Assembly (NCBI GenBank): GCA_012521555.1
Contig: JAAYMC010000024.1
Coordinates: forward strand, 1,437 to 65,436
Length of the DNA: 64,000 nucleotides
Origin: Clostridiales bacterium
GTDB lineage: Bacteria; Bacillota; Clostridia; Oscillospirales; Oscillospiraceae
Reading direction: 5' to 3'
Below the pieces are notes generated by a model. The model was not told the DNA's origin and made no database searches. It saw only the letters and a program-made list of their open reading frames with translations. Both the position numbers and the translations under genes were made by a program. This document shows, piece by piece, positions 50,915-61,630 of this stretch (position 1 is its first letter; the number at the start of each line of letters is the position of its first letter).

Positions 50915-52636
50915 ATGTTTTTCAAAAAGTTTACCCGGCTGTCAGCCGAAGTGATTGACGAAAAGCTCAGCCAGTGTACCGGGCCGAAAAGCGGGAACGT
51001 ATCCTTCGAGGCGCTTCCGCCGGGGAACATCGACATCGTCTTCGACGACGGCCTCACCCTCAGCTACGCCATCGAGTCGGGGGACACGCTCTCCTTCAGC
51101 GAAAACGGCGGCGCGCCCGTCACTGTCAGGTACGGGGCGCTCAAGATGGAGCAGATCGTCCTCATCTCGCACCTTATCCCCAAAACGCGGTACGCGTATC
51201 ACGTTGCAATCGACATGCGCACGGGGCTTGTCACGGCGTTTGAGACGTGGTTTTGCGGGTTTGAGCACGACCTGCGGGAGGTGCACCGCCATATCCGCCA
51301 CGGGTATGTCAAGCGGGAGGGCGCGGCGCCCCCGGAAAAGCGGCACACGCTGACAAACCGCGTGGAAGGGAAGGGCTTTTACTGGAAAGACAGCACCGGT
51401 TACGAGACGCTCACGTTCTACCCTTCCGTGATGTGGTCCTCCTTCATTGAGCTCAATACCCCCGACGGCGGGCTGACCGTCACGGCGCCCTCCGATTTCA
51501 TCCGCATCGACGACGTGTTCTTCATCTACTCGCGCGTGGAGTGCGAGTATTCGGGGACGCTTACCCTCGAGGTCATCGACCTGTTTCACATCGCCAAAAT
51601 CGGCGTGCGCATCGGGTTTGACGAATACGACAACCTCGAGTACGTCATGTACACGGGCAGGGGGAAAATCACGGGGCACTCCAGCACCTTCGAGCCGTTT
51701 AACGACTACGGCACGGAGATTGTCCTGTCGCCGGACAGCAAAAACCGCCCAAAGCCGGGGAAAGGGCAGAGGCCCGTCTACCGCCCGCGCTTTCTGTACA
51801 AGGACTTTACGAAAGAAGAAGTGGACGCGCTCATCAGGGAAAAGCTCAGGCTGTTTGAGGGCAAGACGATTATGTCGAGCTACAACACCATGGAAGAGAC
51901 GGACGCGCTCGCGGGCAGGACGCTGACCCTTAAATACGACGACGGCCCCGCATGGGAGTACACGTTTGTCGACGGCAGGACGCTAAAGTTCCGCCCCGCA
52001 GGGAGCGATAAGTGGCAGGAGGAGCAGTACCGCGCGTTCGAGCCGGCGAAGGACATTTTCTTCTTCTCCCACATCGTCACGGGGAGCGACCCGTTCCGCA
52101 ACCTCACCCACGCGGTGGACGTGTCCACGGCGCTGTGCACCTGCATCGACGCGCAGGTGGGCAACGGCCGCAAGGTCTGGGAAGTGGGGCATAAGGCGCT
52201 GTTCGGCGTTGTGGAGGGCTGCGGCGTCACGCCGCCGAGCGTCCGCCGCCACGGCTTTACGACCGACCTTGTGGGCAAGGCCTTCGCGTGGATTTACAGC
52301 GACGTCATGAGCTCCATCCACGTCTACTCCTCGCCGGAGTCGTACTCGTGGACGATTATGCTCCCAAACTACGCCGGCGGCTTTATGTGGAGCTCGCCGT
52401 GCCTGTACATAAAGCTCCGGGAGGACGCCTACCTCTTCAGCTGGACGGAGGATACCTGCAACGGCAACCAGGGCACGATGGTCTTCAACCCGAACCTGAT
52501 GCACGACGCGGGCTTTTTCTTCGGCGTCGGGGACGACGACGTCCACCTGTCCGCCATGGGCGCGTATGCCCGCGCGGCCGGCGGGTTCGATATTCTAAAG
52601 TACTTCGATATCAAACGCCCGGGTTCGGAGCTTTAA
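50915..52636 (+). CDS. protein with two tandem MoaF-like (N plus C domain) repeats, function unknown
   Basis: Internal duplication: LTNRVEGKGFYW...FIRIDDVFFIYSRVE versus FTTDLVGKAFAW...YIKLREDAYLFSWTE. Family assigned from memory of MoaF C-terminal motifs. Confidence 0.6.
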   Translation: MFFKKFTRLSAEVIDEKLSQCTGPKSGNVSFEALPPGNIDIVFDDGLTLSYAIESGDTLSFSENGGAPVTVRYGALKMEQIVLISHLIPKTRYAYHVAIDMRTGLVTAFETWFCGFEHDLREVHRHIRHGYVKREGAAPPEKRHTLTNRVEGKGFYWKDSTGYETLTFYPSVMWSSFIELNTPDGGLTVTAPSDFIRIDDVFFIYSRVECEYSGTLTLEVIDLFHIAKIGVRIGFDEYDNLEYVMYTGRGKITGHSSTFEPFNDYGTEIVLSPDSKNRPKPGKGQRPVYRPRFLYKDFTKEEVDALIREKLRLFEGKTIMSSYNTMEETDALAGRTLTLKYDDGPAWEYTFVDGRTLKFRPAGSDKWQEEQYRAFEPAKDIFFFSHIVTGSDPFRNLTHAVDVSTALCTCIDAQVGNGRKVWEVGHKALFGVVEGCGVTPPSVRRHGFTTDLVGKAFAWIYSDVMSSIHVYSSPESYSWTIMLPNYAGGFMWSSPCLYIKLREDAYLFSWTEDTCNGNQGTMVFNPNLMHDAGFFFGVGDDDVHLSAMGAYARAAGGFDILKYFDIKRPGSEL

Positions 52637-52767
52637 GCGGCTTAAGACAAGGCAGGGGAGGGGACGCCTTCCCTGCCTTGTTTTGACGCAGGCTGCCGTG
52701 TTGCACGGGCCTCACAGATTGCCGCACGGCAGGAGCCTTGCGGCGCGGGAGATGCTTAAATAAAAAG

Positions 52768-52794
52768 AAAACCGGCGCTCAAGGCGCCGGTTTT
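52768..52794. terminator. bidirectional intrinsic terminator
   Basis: AAAACCGGCGC-TCAAG-GCGCCGGTTTT. Confidence 0.8.
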
Positions 52795-52851
52795 GTTCTG
52801 CGTGGGAGATGTTGATTTTCGCTGCGGGCAATCGGCAGGATAGCGCCGGAG

Positions 52852-53895
52852 CTATGACTTGATCTTCACCCATAGCTCGTCGTAGAGGTTGAGGATATCC
52901 TGCGGAAGGTTGAGGAAGACCTCGGTGTTGGCCAGGATCTCGTCGCTCGGGAACAGGATGGCTTTGGCGTGGTCGTCCAGCATCGCGGCGTACTGCTCGG
53001 ACGCCTCCCTGTTGGCGGACGTGTACACGACGACGTCCATATTCCGCAGGCTCGCTTCCGTGCTGCACATGAAGTTGATGAAGAGCTCGGCGTTCTTCTT
53101 ATTTTGCGCCCCTTTGGGGATGCACATCGCGTCGACGAAGCGGTTGGTGCCCTCCTTGGGGAAGACGAACTCGAGGTCGGGGTTGTTTTCGAGCATAATC
53201 AGGTAGTCGCCGGCGTAGTACGGGCCGATGGCCGCCTCACCGCTTTCGAGCTTGTCGAAAATCTGGTCCATGACGAAGGCCTGGCGGACGGCGCCCTGCG
53301 CTTTAATCAGCTCGTACGCCTCGTACAGTTCGTCCGGGTTTGTGGTGTTCAGCGAGTAGCCGAGGTATTTGAGGGCCACGCCGAACGCGTCGCGCGAGTT
53401 GTCGAACATGAGGATCAGCCCGGCGTAGCGCTCGTCGAACAGGGCGCCCCAGCTGTCTATCTCATCGGGAATCATGGCCTTGTTGTAAATGAGCCCAACC
53501 GTGCCGGTCATGTACGGGACGGAGTATTCGCCGGTCGGGTCGTACTCGAGGTTTTTATACTTGTCGTCGATTAGGCTGTAATTCGGGATGTTTGAAAAGT
53601 CGAGCTTTTCAAGCATCCCCTCGCTGATGAGGCGGGAGATCATATAGTCCGATGGAATGATCACGTCGTAATGCGCGCCGCCCGTTTTGAGGACGGAGTA
53701 CATCGCTTCGTTGCTCGTAAACGTGCTGTAATTGACCTTAATTCCCGTTTGCTTTTCAAACTCCTTGAGCAGGGATTCGTCAATGTACTCACCCCAGTTG
53801 TACACATTGACTTCTTCTTTGCTTGTGGAGCATCCGGAAATCAGGGCAAGTACGAAGACGAGAGCGGCAAACAGGGCCGCAAGCCTTTTTTTCAA
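52852..53895 (-). CDS. potD: spermidine/putrescine ABC transporter substrate-binding lipoprotein
   Basis: Lipobox LISGC, VYNWGEYI, YDVIIPSDYM, DNSRDAF. TTG start. Confidence 0.92.
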   Translation of the reverse strand: MKKRLAALFAALVFVLALISGCSTSKEEVNVYNWGEYIDESLLKEFEKQTGIKVNYSTFTSNEAMYSVLKTGGAHYDVIIPSDYMISRLISEGMLEKLDFSNIPNYSLIDDKYKNLEYDPTGEYSVPYMTGTVGLIYNKAMIPDEIDSWGALFDERYAGLILMFDNSRDAFGVALKYLGYSLNTTNPDELYEAYELIKAQGAVRQAFVMDQIFDKLESGEAAIGPYYAGDYLIMLENNPDLEFVFPKEGTNRFVDAMCIPKGAQNKKNAELFINFMCSTEASLRNMDVVVYTSANREASEQYAAMLDDHAKAILFPSDEILANTEVFLNLPQDILNLYDELWVKIKS

Positions 53896-53912
53896 CTTCG
53901 TTGTCTCCTCCT

Positions 53913-54737
53913 TTACTTTGATTTGAGTGTTCTGAGCTTTTTTTCACGCTCTTCCTGCCGGATCTGCCGCACGTTGATGATAATCAGAAGCAGCAGGATG
54001 AACAGGAACAGCAGTGTTGACACGGCGTTGATTTTCGGGCTGACGCGCTTGCGCGTCATCGCGTAAATCGCCATGGACAGCGTCTGGACCTTTGAGCCGG
54101 CCGTAAAGTAGCTGATGACGAAGTCGTCGATGGACATGGTGAAGGCGATCATCATGCCGTTGATGATGCCGGGCATGATTTCCGGAATGATGACCTTGTA
54201 AAACGCCTGGAACCACGTGCAGCCGAGGTCCATCGCCGCGTCCACGAGGTTTCTGTCCATCTGCCGGAGCTTCGGCAGGACGGACAGGATGACGTAGGGG
54301 ATGTTGAACGTAATGTGCGCGATGAGCAGCGTCCCGAACCCGAGCTGGTATTTGAGCACCGAGCCGAGCGAGACGAACAGAAGGCACAGCGACACGCCCG
54401 TGACGATATCGGCGTTCATGACGGGGATGTTGTTGATCGCCAGAAGCGGGCTTCTCCAGCGCTTGCGCATATTGAAAAACCCGATGGCGGCGAACGTGCC
54501 GGCGATCGTCGCGACGATGGCGGCAAGGACGGAGACGCCGATCGTCGTCGTCAGGGAGGAGATAATCATGCTGTCGCTGAAAAGCTCGGTGTACCAGTCC
54601 AGGGTGAAGCCCGACCAGACGGAGCGGCTCTTCGACGCGTTGAACGAAAAGACGATCATGATGAAAATCGGGGCGTAGAGAAAGAGGTAAATCAGGGCAA
54701 GGAAGATGCGGCTTGCAACGCGCGGTCTTCTTCTCAC
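53913..54737 (-). CDS. potC: spermidine/putrescine ABC permease
   Basis: YLFLYAPI, FSFNAS, EAA-like DAAMDLG, FTMSIDDF. GTG overlaps the potB TGA. Confidence 0.92.
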   Translation of the reverse strand: MRRRPRVASRIFLALIYLFLYAPIFIMIVFSFNASKSRSVWSGFTLDWYTELFSDSMIISSLTTTIGVSVLAAIVATIAGTFAAIGFFNMRKRWRSPLLAINNIPVMNADIVTGVSLCLLFVSLGSVLKYQLGFGTLLIAHITFNIPYVILSVLPKLRQMDRNLVDAAMDLGCTWFQAFYKVIIPEIMPGIINGMMIAFTMSIDDFVISYFTAGSKVQTLSMAIYAMTRKRVSPKINAVSTLLFLFILLLLIIINVRQIRQEEREKKLRTLKSK

Positions 54738-55546
54738 AGCATGACAGCCTCCTCTCCGCCGGCGCCGAATTTGTTCATCAGCCACATGCAGATCATGACG
54801 ATGACCATCATGACAAGCGCGATGGCCGAACCGAGGTGCGGGTTGTACGCGGCGCCGAGAAATTGCATTTCAATGAGGTCGCCGAGGAGCATGTTCGCGC
54901 CGCCGCCGAGCAGCTGGGAGATGACGAACGTCGAAACGGCCGGCACGAAAACCATCGTGATGCCCGAGAACACGCCGGGCAGGCTCAGCGGGAAGATGAC
55001 GCGCCGGAACACGGTGACGGCGTTGGCGCCGAGGTCCTGCGCCGCCTCGATGAGGCTGCGGTCGATTTTCACGATGACGGAGTAGATGGGGAGAATCATA
55101 AACGGCAGGAAGTTGTAGACCATGCCGATGACGATGGCCGTGGGCGTGTTGATGATGTTCACCGCCGGCAGGCCCAAAAGCGTAAGCAGGCGGTTGAGCA
55201 GTCCCGTGTTTTCAAGGATGGACATCCACGCGTAGGTGCGCAGGAGGAAGTTCATCCACATCGGCAGCATGATGAGCATGATGAGAATGCGCTGCTGCCG
55301 CGCCCGCTCCTTCGAGAGAATGTACGCCACGGGATAGCCGATGATGATGCAAATCGCCGTGGAAATAATGGCGAGAAGGAACGAACGGGAAAAGACGGAG
55401 ACGTACCCGCCCATTTTCGCGAAGTTGTCGAAGGTGAACTCACCTGCAGCGCTCGTAAAGGCGTACACCACCACGATAATGACGGGGGCGACGACAAACA
55501 GCGCCATCCAGACGATATAGGGCGCGCTCAGGTACTTAAGCTTCAT
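54734..55546 (-). CDS. potB: spermidine/putrescine ABC permease
   Basis: [31 protein letters not shown]. Confidence 0.92.
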   Translation of the reverse strand: MKLKYLSAPYIVWMALFVVAPVIIVVVYAFTSAAGEFTFDNFAKMGGYVSVFSRSFLLAIISTAICIIIGYPVAYILSKERARQQRILIMLIMLPMWMNFLLRTYAWMSILENTGLLNRLLTLLGLPAVNIINTPTAIVIGMVYNFLPFMILPIYSVIVKIDRSLIEAAQDLGANAVTVFRRVIFPLSLPGVFSGITMVFVPAVSTFVISQLLGGGANMLLGDLIEMQFLGAAYNPHLGSAIALVMMVIVMICMWLMNKFGAGGEEAVML

Positions 55547-56702
55547 AGAGCTTATCCTCCGAAACGGTCTCTTCCGGCCCAAGCTCCGCGTCGCTGATTT
55601 CCTCGTATTCGGCGCTGTAGGAGCTGTAGTCGCCGAACATGCCGGAATACTGGCTCTTGTGCATGACATGTATCCCGTCCGGGTCGATTTTGATGCCAAT
55701 GCGGGAGTTGACGGGGCAGTAGTCCGTGGTCTGAATGAGCCACTTAAAGCCCTTGAAGTCCACGATGACGTCGTAATGCACGCCTTTGAACGTGACGTTC
55801 GTGACCGTCCCTGTGAGCATGCCGTCCTTGATGTCGACGATGTCCACGTCCTCGGGGCGGATGACGACGTCGACGGGCTCGTTCGGGGCAAAGCCCGCGT
55901 CGAGGCAGGCAAACTTCTTCCCAAAGATTTCCACGACGCCGTCTTCTATCATGATGCCGTCGACGATGTTGCTCTCGCCGATGAAGTCGGCGACGAACGC
56001 GTTGACGGGCTCGTTGTAGATGTCTTCCGGCGTCCCGATCTGCTGGATGACGCCGCCGTCCATGACGACGACGGTGTCGCTCATCGAGAGCGCCTCTTCC
56101 TGGTCGTGCGTGACGTAGACGAACGTAATGCCCGTCGCTTCCTGGATGCGCTTGAGCTCAATCTGCATGTCCTTGCGAAGGCGCAGGTCCAGCGCGCCGA
56201 GCGGCTCATCAAGAAGGAGTACTTTCGGGCGGTTGACGAGCGCCCGCGCAATGGCCACACGCTGCTGCTGCCCGCCGGAAAGGGACGTGACGTCGCGGTG
56301 CTCGAATCCCTTGAGGCTGACAATTTCCAGCATTTCCATGACGCGGGAGTGTATCTCGTCCTTGGATAGTCGTCGCCCCTCGTGCCTGTTGATGCGGAGA
56401 CCGAAAGCGATGTTCTCATACACGTCAAGATGCGGGAAAAGCGCGTATTTTTGAAAAACCGTGTTGACGGTCCGCTTATGAGGCGGAACATCATTAATCC
56501 TCACACCATTAAAGAAGACGTCTCCGGATGTCGGTTTCACGAAGCCGCCAATAATCCTCAGCGTCGTCGTCTTGCCACAACCGCTGGGCCCTAACAGTGT
56601 GAGGAACTCGTTATCTTTAATTGAAAGGTTGATTTTGTTGAGAACAACGTCGTCGTCAAACACCATCGTGCAGTCACGGAGGCGAATCAACTCTTTTGCC
56701 AT
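55536..56702 (-). CDS. potA: spermidine/putrescine ABC ATP-binding protein
   Basis: [35 protein letters not shown]. Confidence 0.93.
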   Translation of the reverse strand: MAKELIRLRDCTMVFDDDVVLNKINLSIKDNEFLTLLGPSGCGKTTTLRIIGGFVKPTSGDVFFNGVRINDVPPHKRTVNTVFQKYALFPHLDVYENIAFGLRINRHEGRRLSKDEIHSRVMEMLEIVSLKGFEHRDVTSLSGGQQQRVAIARALVNRPKVLLLDEPLGALDLRLRKDMQIELKRIQEATGITFVYVTHDQEEALSMSDTVVVMDGGVIQQIGTPEDIYNEPVNAFVADFIGESNIVDGIMIEDGVVEIFGKKFACLDAGFAPNEPVDVVIRPEDVDIVDIKDGMLTGTVTNVTFKGVHYDVIVDFKGFKWLIQTTDYCPVNSRIGIKIDPDGIHVMHKSQYSGMFGDYSSYSAEYEEISDAELGPEETVSEDKLYEA

Positions 56703-56780
56703 TTATCGTACCCCATTCGTGATGATACTTGTTCCATTGGATTGGAAACAGATTAAATATACATTTAACATAGGGTGTTG

Positions 56781-57746
56781 TCAATTAAAATTAAAGTATT
56801 TTTCGACAAAATCTATTGAGCTGATTTTGAACTCCTTACCATTTAAATAGTTAAGCGCGCCGCCGTCTGTTTTGAAGTTGAAAACGAGGCGCCACGAGCA
56901 CAGCGCCTGGCTGCTCTCGCCATACTGCCTGTTGAGTTTTTCGCGCCCGTATTTGCCGTCGCCGAGGAGGGGGCAGCCCGCGTGCGCCAGCTGCGCGCGG
57001 ATCTGGTGCGTGCGCCCCGTGATAAGATGGCACTCGAGAAGGCTTAAGTTTCCCGCCGTTTTGACGGTGCGGTATTCCAGAATCGCCGTTTTCGCGCCGG
57101 GGACGCTTTTGTCCGAGACGTACACCTGGTTTTTCGCGGCGTCTTTAACAAGGTATCCCACAAGCCGCCCGCTTGGGGGATTCATCCGGCCGTGCACGGC
57201 GGCGTAGTAGTACTTGTCGATCTCCCGCAGGCGGATTTTTTCGTTCATGATGCGCAGCGCCTCGGCGTTTTTCGCGGCGATGACGATGCCGGAGGTGTTC
57301 CGGTCGATGCGGTTGCACAGGGCGGGAGTGAAGGCGTTTTCCTCCTGAGGGCGCCACTCTCCTTTTAGATAAAGGTAGGCCTGGATATGCGCGATGAGGG
57401 TATTGTGCGCGTTTCCCTCCTCGTCGCTGTGGCACAGCTGGCCGGAGCGCTTGTTGACAAGCAGGATGTTCTCGTCTTCATATACGATAACCAAATCCGG
57501 TTTGGTGATGCGCAGGTACGCGTTCTCTTCCGTCGGTTTTTCAAAAAACTCATCGTTTATATAAAGCTGCAGCGTGTCGCCCTCCCGGAGCTTGTACGCC
57601 CGGTCGGCCCCGCGGCCGTTGACTTTGATGCGTTTGAGGCGTATATATTTCTGGAGCAGGGACGCGGGCAGCAGCGGGACGGCTTTCGACACGAAGCGGT
57701 CGAGCCGCTGGCCGGCGTCGTTTTGCCCGACGATGATTTCTTTCAA
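56781..57746 (-). CDS. RluA family pseudouridine synthase with S4 domain
   Basis: QRLDRF S4 domain, catalytic NRIDRNTSG, TGRTHQIR. Confidence 0.92.
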   Translation of the reverse strand: MKEIIVGQNDAGQRLDRFVSKAVPLLPASLLQKYIRLKRIKVNGRGADRAYKLREGDTLQLYINDEFFEKPTEENAYLRITKPDLVIVYEDENILLVNKRSGQLCHSDEEGNAHNTLIAHIQAYLYLKGEWRPQEENAFTPALCNRIDRNTSGIVIAAKNAEALRIMNEKIRLREIDKYYYAAVHGRMNPPSGRLVGYLVKDAAKNQVYVSDKSVPGAKTAILEYRTVKTAGNLSLLECHLITGRTHQIRAQLAHAGCPLLGDGKYGREKLNRQYGESSQALCSWRLVFNFKTDGGALNYLNGKEFKISSIDFVEKYFNFN

Positions 57747-57842
57747 AGTAACTCCGCCTTTTTCGGGTAATAATAGAAGAAAAAGGGCGCCGGTGATGCA
57801 TAAAGCGCCTCGGTGATTTCACTATACAAGATAAAAAATAGT

Positions 57843-57871
57843 TTGACAATACATGCTTTATCACTTATAAT
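57843..57871 (+). promoter_or_regulatory. consensus sigmaA promoter for DUF177-rpmF
   Basis: Perfect TTGACA-N17-TATAAT. Confidence 0.85.
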
Positions 57872-57897
57872 GTCAAGGCGAATATGCGAGGTGGGCT

Positions 57898-58386
57898 ATG
57901 CAGCTTGATCTTCGTGACATCATAAATGCTCCGGGCGAGGCCGTCAGCTTTGACTACGAGCCCGATTTGTCGGACGCCGCCGGCGGCTGCATCGTCGCCG
58001 TGAAGCCCGGCGCGAAAGCGAAGGGGTCGGTGCGCAACAGCGCCGGCGTTCTCTATTTTGAGGCCGACGTGGACGCCGTGCTGGAGTGCGCGTGCGCCCG
58101 CTGCCTGAAGGAATTTGAGCTGCCCGTTCACCGTCATATTCACGCCGTCCTATCCGAGGGAGAAAACGAAGACGACCCCGATGTTTACGCGCTCTCCGGC
58201 GAAAGCGTCGACGTCGACGAAATCATCCTCACGGACTTTATCCTTAACACGGACCAGCGCCTCTTATGCAGGGAAGACTGCAAGGGGCTCTGTGTAAAGT
58301 GCGGCGCCGACCTAAACGCCGGGCCGTGCCGTTGTAAACCGGAGACAGACCCCAGGCTCGCTGTCCTAGAACAGCTCCTGGAATAA
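57898..58386 (+). CDS. DUF177 (YceD) family protein
   Basis: CARCL, LCREDCKGLCVKCGADLN, DPRLAVL; upstream of rpmF. Confidence 0.92.
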   Translation: MQLDLRDIINAPGEAVSFDYEPDLSDAAGGCIVAVKPGAKAKGSVRNSAGVLYFEADVDAVLECACARCLKEFELPVHRHIHAVLSEGENEDDPDVYALSGESVDVDEIILTDFILNTDQRLLCREDCKGLCVKCGADLNAGPCRCKPETDPRLAVLEQLLE

Positions 58387-58407
58387 AGAAAGGCAGGAGG
58401 TGTCAAC

Positions 58408-58596
58408 ATGGCGATTTGTCCGAAGAGAAAGGTATCGAAGGCGAGAAGGGACAAGCGGCGTTCCTCACACTGGAAGCTCGAGGCCCCGGGTCTTGTCAAG
58501 TGTTCAAAGTGCGGCGAATTCCGTCTTCCCCACAGAGTATGTAAAGCCTGCGGCACATACAATGGGCGAGAGGTCGTTAAAGTCAGTGCGAAATAA
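58408..58596 (+). CDS. rpmF: 50S ribosomal protein L32
   Basis: [14 protein letters not shown], CxxC...PHRVCxxCGxY. Confidence 0.96.
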   Translation: MAICPKRKVSKARRDKRRSSHWKLEAPGLVKCSKCGEFRLPHRVCKACGTYNGREVVKVSAK

Positions 58597-58719
58597 ATGC
58601 CAAGGCGGGGGAACACGCACCCCCGCCGCATTTTTCTTGTTTTCCCCGCACGTTATAACCCCTCGTCCCGCCAAAGCGGCTTTTTAGCACCATCGAGCGA
58701 CCGACTGGAACGGAACGAC

Positions 58720-60021
58720 ATGAGCGCTGTCATCAAATCGATTGCAAAGGGGAGCCCCTGCGACGGACGCCGCATTGCGCCTGGGGACCGCCTTGTGAAA
58801 ATCAACGGGCACAGAATACGCGACGTGCTCGACTACAAATACTATTCAGCCGAAGCCTGCCTGCTGCTTGAGTTGCACACAGCGGAGCAGGCTATTCGCC
58901 TTGTCCGGATTTACAAACGCGAGGAGGAAGACCTCGGGCTGGAGTTTACGTCCTACCTCATGGACGCGCCGCGCGCGTGCGTCAACCGCTGCATTTTCTG
59001 CTTTGTCGACCAGCTGCCGCGCGGCATGCGCAAGACGCTCTATTTTAAGGACGACGACGTGCGGCTGAGCTTCCTGCAGGGCAATTACGTCACGCTGACG
59101 AATCTCACGGAGCGGGATATAAGGCGCATCATCGCGATGCGCATCTCGCCGCTGAACGTCTCCGTCCACTCGACGGACCCGGCCCTGCGCAGCTTTATGC
59201 TCGGCGTGGGGCACATCGGCGCGGGGCTTGACGCGCTGCGCCGCTTTCAGGACGCGGGCATCCGGATGAACTGCCAGATCGTCTGCTGCCCCGGCGTCAA
59301 CGACGGCGCGCACCTGCAGCGCACGATGGAGGACCTCGCGGCGATGCACCCGTCCGTTATGAGCGTGTCCGTCGTCCCCGTGGGGCTGACGAAGCACCGC
59401 GAGGGGCTTTTCCCATTAGAGCCGTTCCGCGCGGAAAACGCGCTGGAGACGGTCCGGCAGGTGGAGCGGTTTGCGCGGCTGTGCAAGGTCCGGCTCGGGA
59501 CGAATTTTGTCTTTCCCGCCGACGAGTTTTATGTGAAGGCGGGCCTTCCCATCCCACCGGACGCGTTTTACGAAGACTACCCGCAGCTTGAAAACGGCGT
59601 GGGGCTCCTGCGCCTTTTAAAAACGCAGTTTGACGCGGCGCTGCCGGAAATATCTCAGGCGTCGGACAAGCCCTTTTCCATCGCGACGGGGCTTGCCGCG
59701 CTGGAGTGGATCAAAGGGCTTGCCGGCGAGGCGAAGGGGAAATTTCCGCAGATAAATGTAAGCGTCTTCGGCATTGTCAACGACTTTTTCGGCGATACTG
59801 TGGATGTGGCGGGCCTCATCACGGGGCGCGACCTTATCAGTCAGCTGCGCGGCAAAGACCTCGGCGAGCGCCTTCTCATCGCGCGCAACATGCTGCGGCA
59901 CGGCGAGACCGTCTTCCTCGACGACACGACGGTCGAGGACGTGGAAAAGGCCCTCGGCGTGCCCGTCCGCGTTGTCGAGCAGGACGGGGCGGACCTCGCC
60001 CGCGCGCTGTGCGGCAACTAG
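58720..60021 (+). CDS. DUF512 / PDZ-associated radical SAM-like protein
   Basis: N-terminal PDZ-like segment, CVNRCIFCFVDQ, FKDDDVRLSFLQGNY, YPQLENGVG. Confidence 0.88.
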   Translation: MSAVIKSIAKGSPCDGRRIAPGDRLVKINGHRIRDVLDYKYYSAEACLLLELHTAEQAIRLVRIYKREEEDLGLEFTSYLMDAPRACVNRCIFCFVDQLPRGMRKTLYFKDDDVRLSFLQGNYVTLTNLTERDIRRIIAMRISPLNVSVHSTDPALRSFMLGVGHIGAGLDALRRFQDAGIRMNCQIVCCPGVNDGAHLQRTMEDLAAMHPSVMSVSVVPVGLTKHREGLFPLEPFRAENALETVRQVERFARLCKVRLGTNFVFPADEFYVKAGLPIPPDAFYEDYPQLENGVGLLRLLKTQFDAALPEISQASDKPFSIATGLAALEWIKGLAGEAKGKFPQINVSVFGIVNDFFGDTVDVAGLITGRDLISQLRGKDLGERLLIARNMLRHGETVFLDDTTVEDVEKALGVPVRVVEQDGADLARALCGN

Positions 60022-60272
60022 CGTTTCCGAGACCCGCCGCGCTCTGGCGGCGCAAAACCCCGGCGCGCGCCCGCTGCGGATGAAGCGAAGCGCCCCGCTT
60101 TTTCTCCCTCGGCGTGTTCGCTGTTTTGAAAACATTTGTAAATTTTTTTAAACGAACCGGGGACACGAGTAGACGGCGGAACAAGTCTTTGATATGATAT
60201 TATGAGCGGCTTGTCCGCACTTTTAAAAAGGAACCTCCTGCGGCCGATTTCGCAGGTTTGGGAGGTGCTTTT

Positions 60273-61592
60273 GTGGCAAAACCACTGGTCGCCATCGTGG
60301 GGCGGCCGAATGTTGGAAAATCCATGCTGTTTAACAGGCTCGTCGGGAAGCGGCTTGCGATTGTGGAGGACACGCCGGGCGTCACGCGGGACCGCATCTA
60401 CGGCAAGACCGACTGGGCCGGCCGCGAGTTTTCCATTGTCGACACCGGCGGCATCGAGCCGACGACGGACAACGAACTGCTTGTTTTCATGCGCGAGCAG
60501 GCGCTACTGGCCATCGAAATGGCGGACGTGATTGTGTTCGTCACGGACCTGACGACGGGCGTGACGGCGGCGGATCAGGAAATCGCCACGATGCTGCTTA
60601 AATCGCGCAAGCCCGTCATATTGGCGGTGAACAAAGCCGACTCCGTCGGCCCCACCGACCCCGGCGTGTACGAGTTTTACGCGCTCGGGCTGGGCGACCC
60701 CATTCCCATCTCCGCCATACACGGCCACGGGACGGACGAACTGCTCGACAAGTGCCTCGAGTACTTCCCGCCCGAAGCGGAGGAGGAAGAGGACGATGAG
60801 AGCATCCGCGTCGCCGTCATCGGAAAGCCGAACGTGGGGAAGTCGTCCCTTATCAACAGGATTCTCGGCGAAGAGCGCGTCATCGTCAGCGAAATCGCCG
60901 GCACGACGCGGGACGCCATCGACACGCCGTTTGAAAACGAAAAAGGAAAGTATGTGTTCATCGACACTGCCGGCATCCGCCGCCGCTCGAGGATAGACGA
61001 CCGCATCGAAAAATTCAGCGTGCTGCGGTCGGAGATGGCCATCGAGCGGGCCGACGTGTGCCTCGTTATGATAGACGCCCGCGAGGGCGTGACCGAGCAG
61101 GACACGAAAATCGCCGGGCTCGCCCACGAGGCGGGCAAGGCGAGCATCATTGTGGTCAACAAGTGGGACCTCGTCGAAAAAGACAGCAGCACGATGGACC
61201 GGATGCGCCGGGAAATCCAGAGGGACCTCGCGTTCATGGCGTACGCCCCGATTCTCTTTATCTCCGCGCAGACCGGCCAGCGCGTCGAACGGCTGTTTGA
61301 CCTCATCAACTATGTGTACGAGCAGGCGTCCATGCGCGTGACGACGGGGATGCTCAACAACGTCCTCGCCGATGCGACGATGCGCATGCAGCCGCCTTCG
61401 GACAAGGGCAAACGGCTGAAAATCTACTATATGACGCAGGCGAGCGTCCGCCCGCCGACGTTTATCTGCTTCTGCAACGACGCCGAGCTGTTTCATTTTT
61501 CGTATCAGCGTTACTTGGAAAACAGAATACGCGCCGTTTTCGGACTGGAGGGGACGCCGATCCGGCTCATCATCCGGGAAAGAGGCGACTAG
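60273..61592 (+). CDS. der: ribosome biogenesis GTPase Der
   Basis: Two G domains (GRPNVGKS, GKPNVGKSS) and a C-terminal KH-like PPTF segment. Confidence 0.97.
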   Translation: MAKPLVAIVGRPNVGKSMLFNRLVGKRLAIVEDTPGVTRDRIYGKTDWAGREFSIVDTGGIEPTTDNELLVFMREQALLAIEMADVIVFVTDLTTGVTAADQEIATMLLKSRKPVILAVNKADSVGPTDPGVYEFYALGLGDPIPISAIHGHGTDELLDKCLEYFPPEAEEEEDDESIRVAVIGKPNVGKSSLINRILGEERVIVSEIAGTTRDAIDTPFENEKGKYVFIDTAGIRRRSRIDDRIEKFSVLRSEMAIERADVCLVMIDAREGVTEQDTKIAGLAHEAGKASIIVVNKWDLVEKDSSTMDRMRREIQRDLAFMAYAPILFISAQTGQRVERLFDLINYVYEQASMRVTTGMLNNVLADATMRMQPPSDKGKRLKIYYMTQASVRPPTFICFCNDAELFHFSYQRYLENRIRAVFGLEGTPIRLIIRERGD

Positions 61593-61630
61593 GCAGCTTA
61601 TAAGCGGTTATTCTTTTTGAGTAAGGGCGT

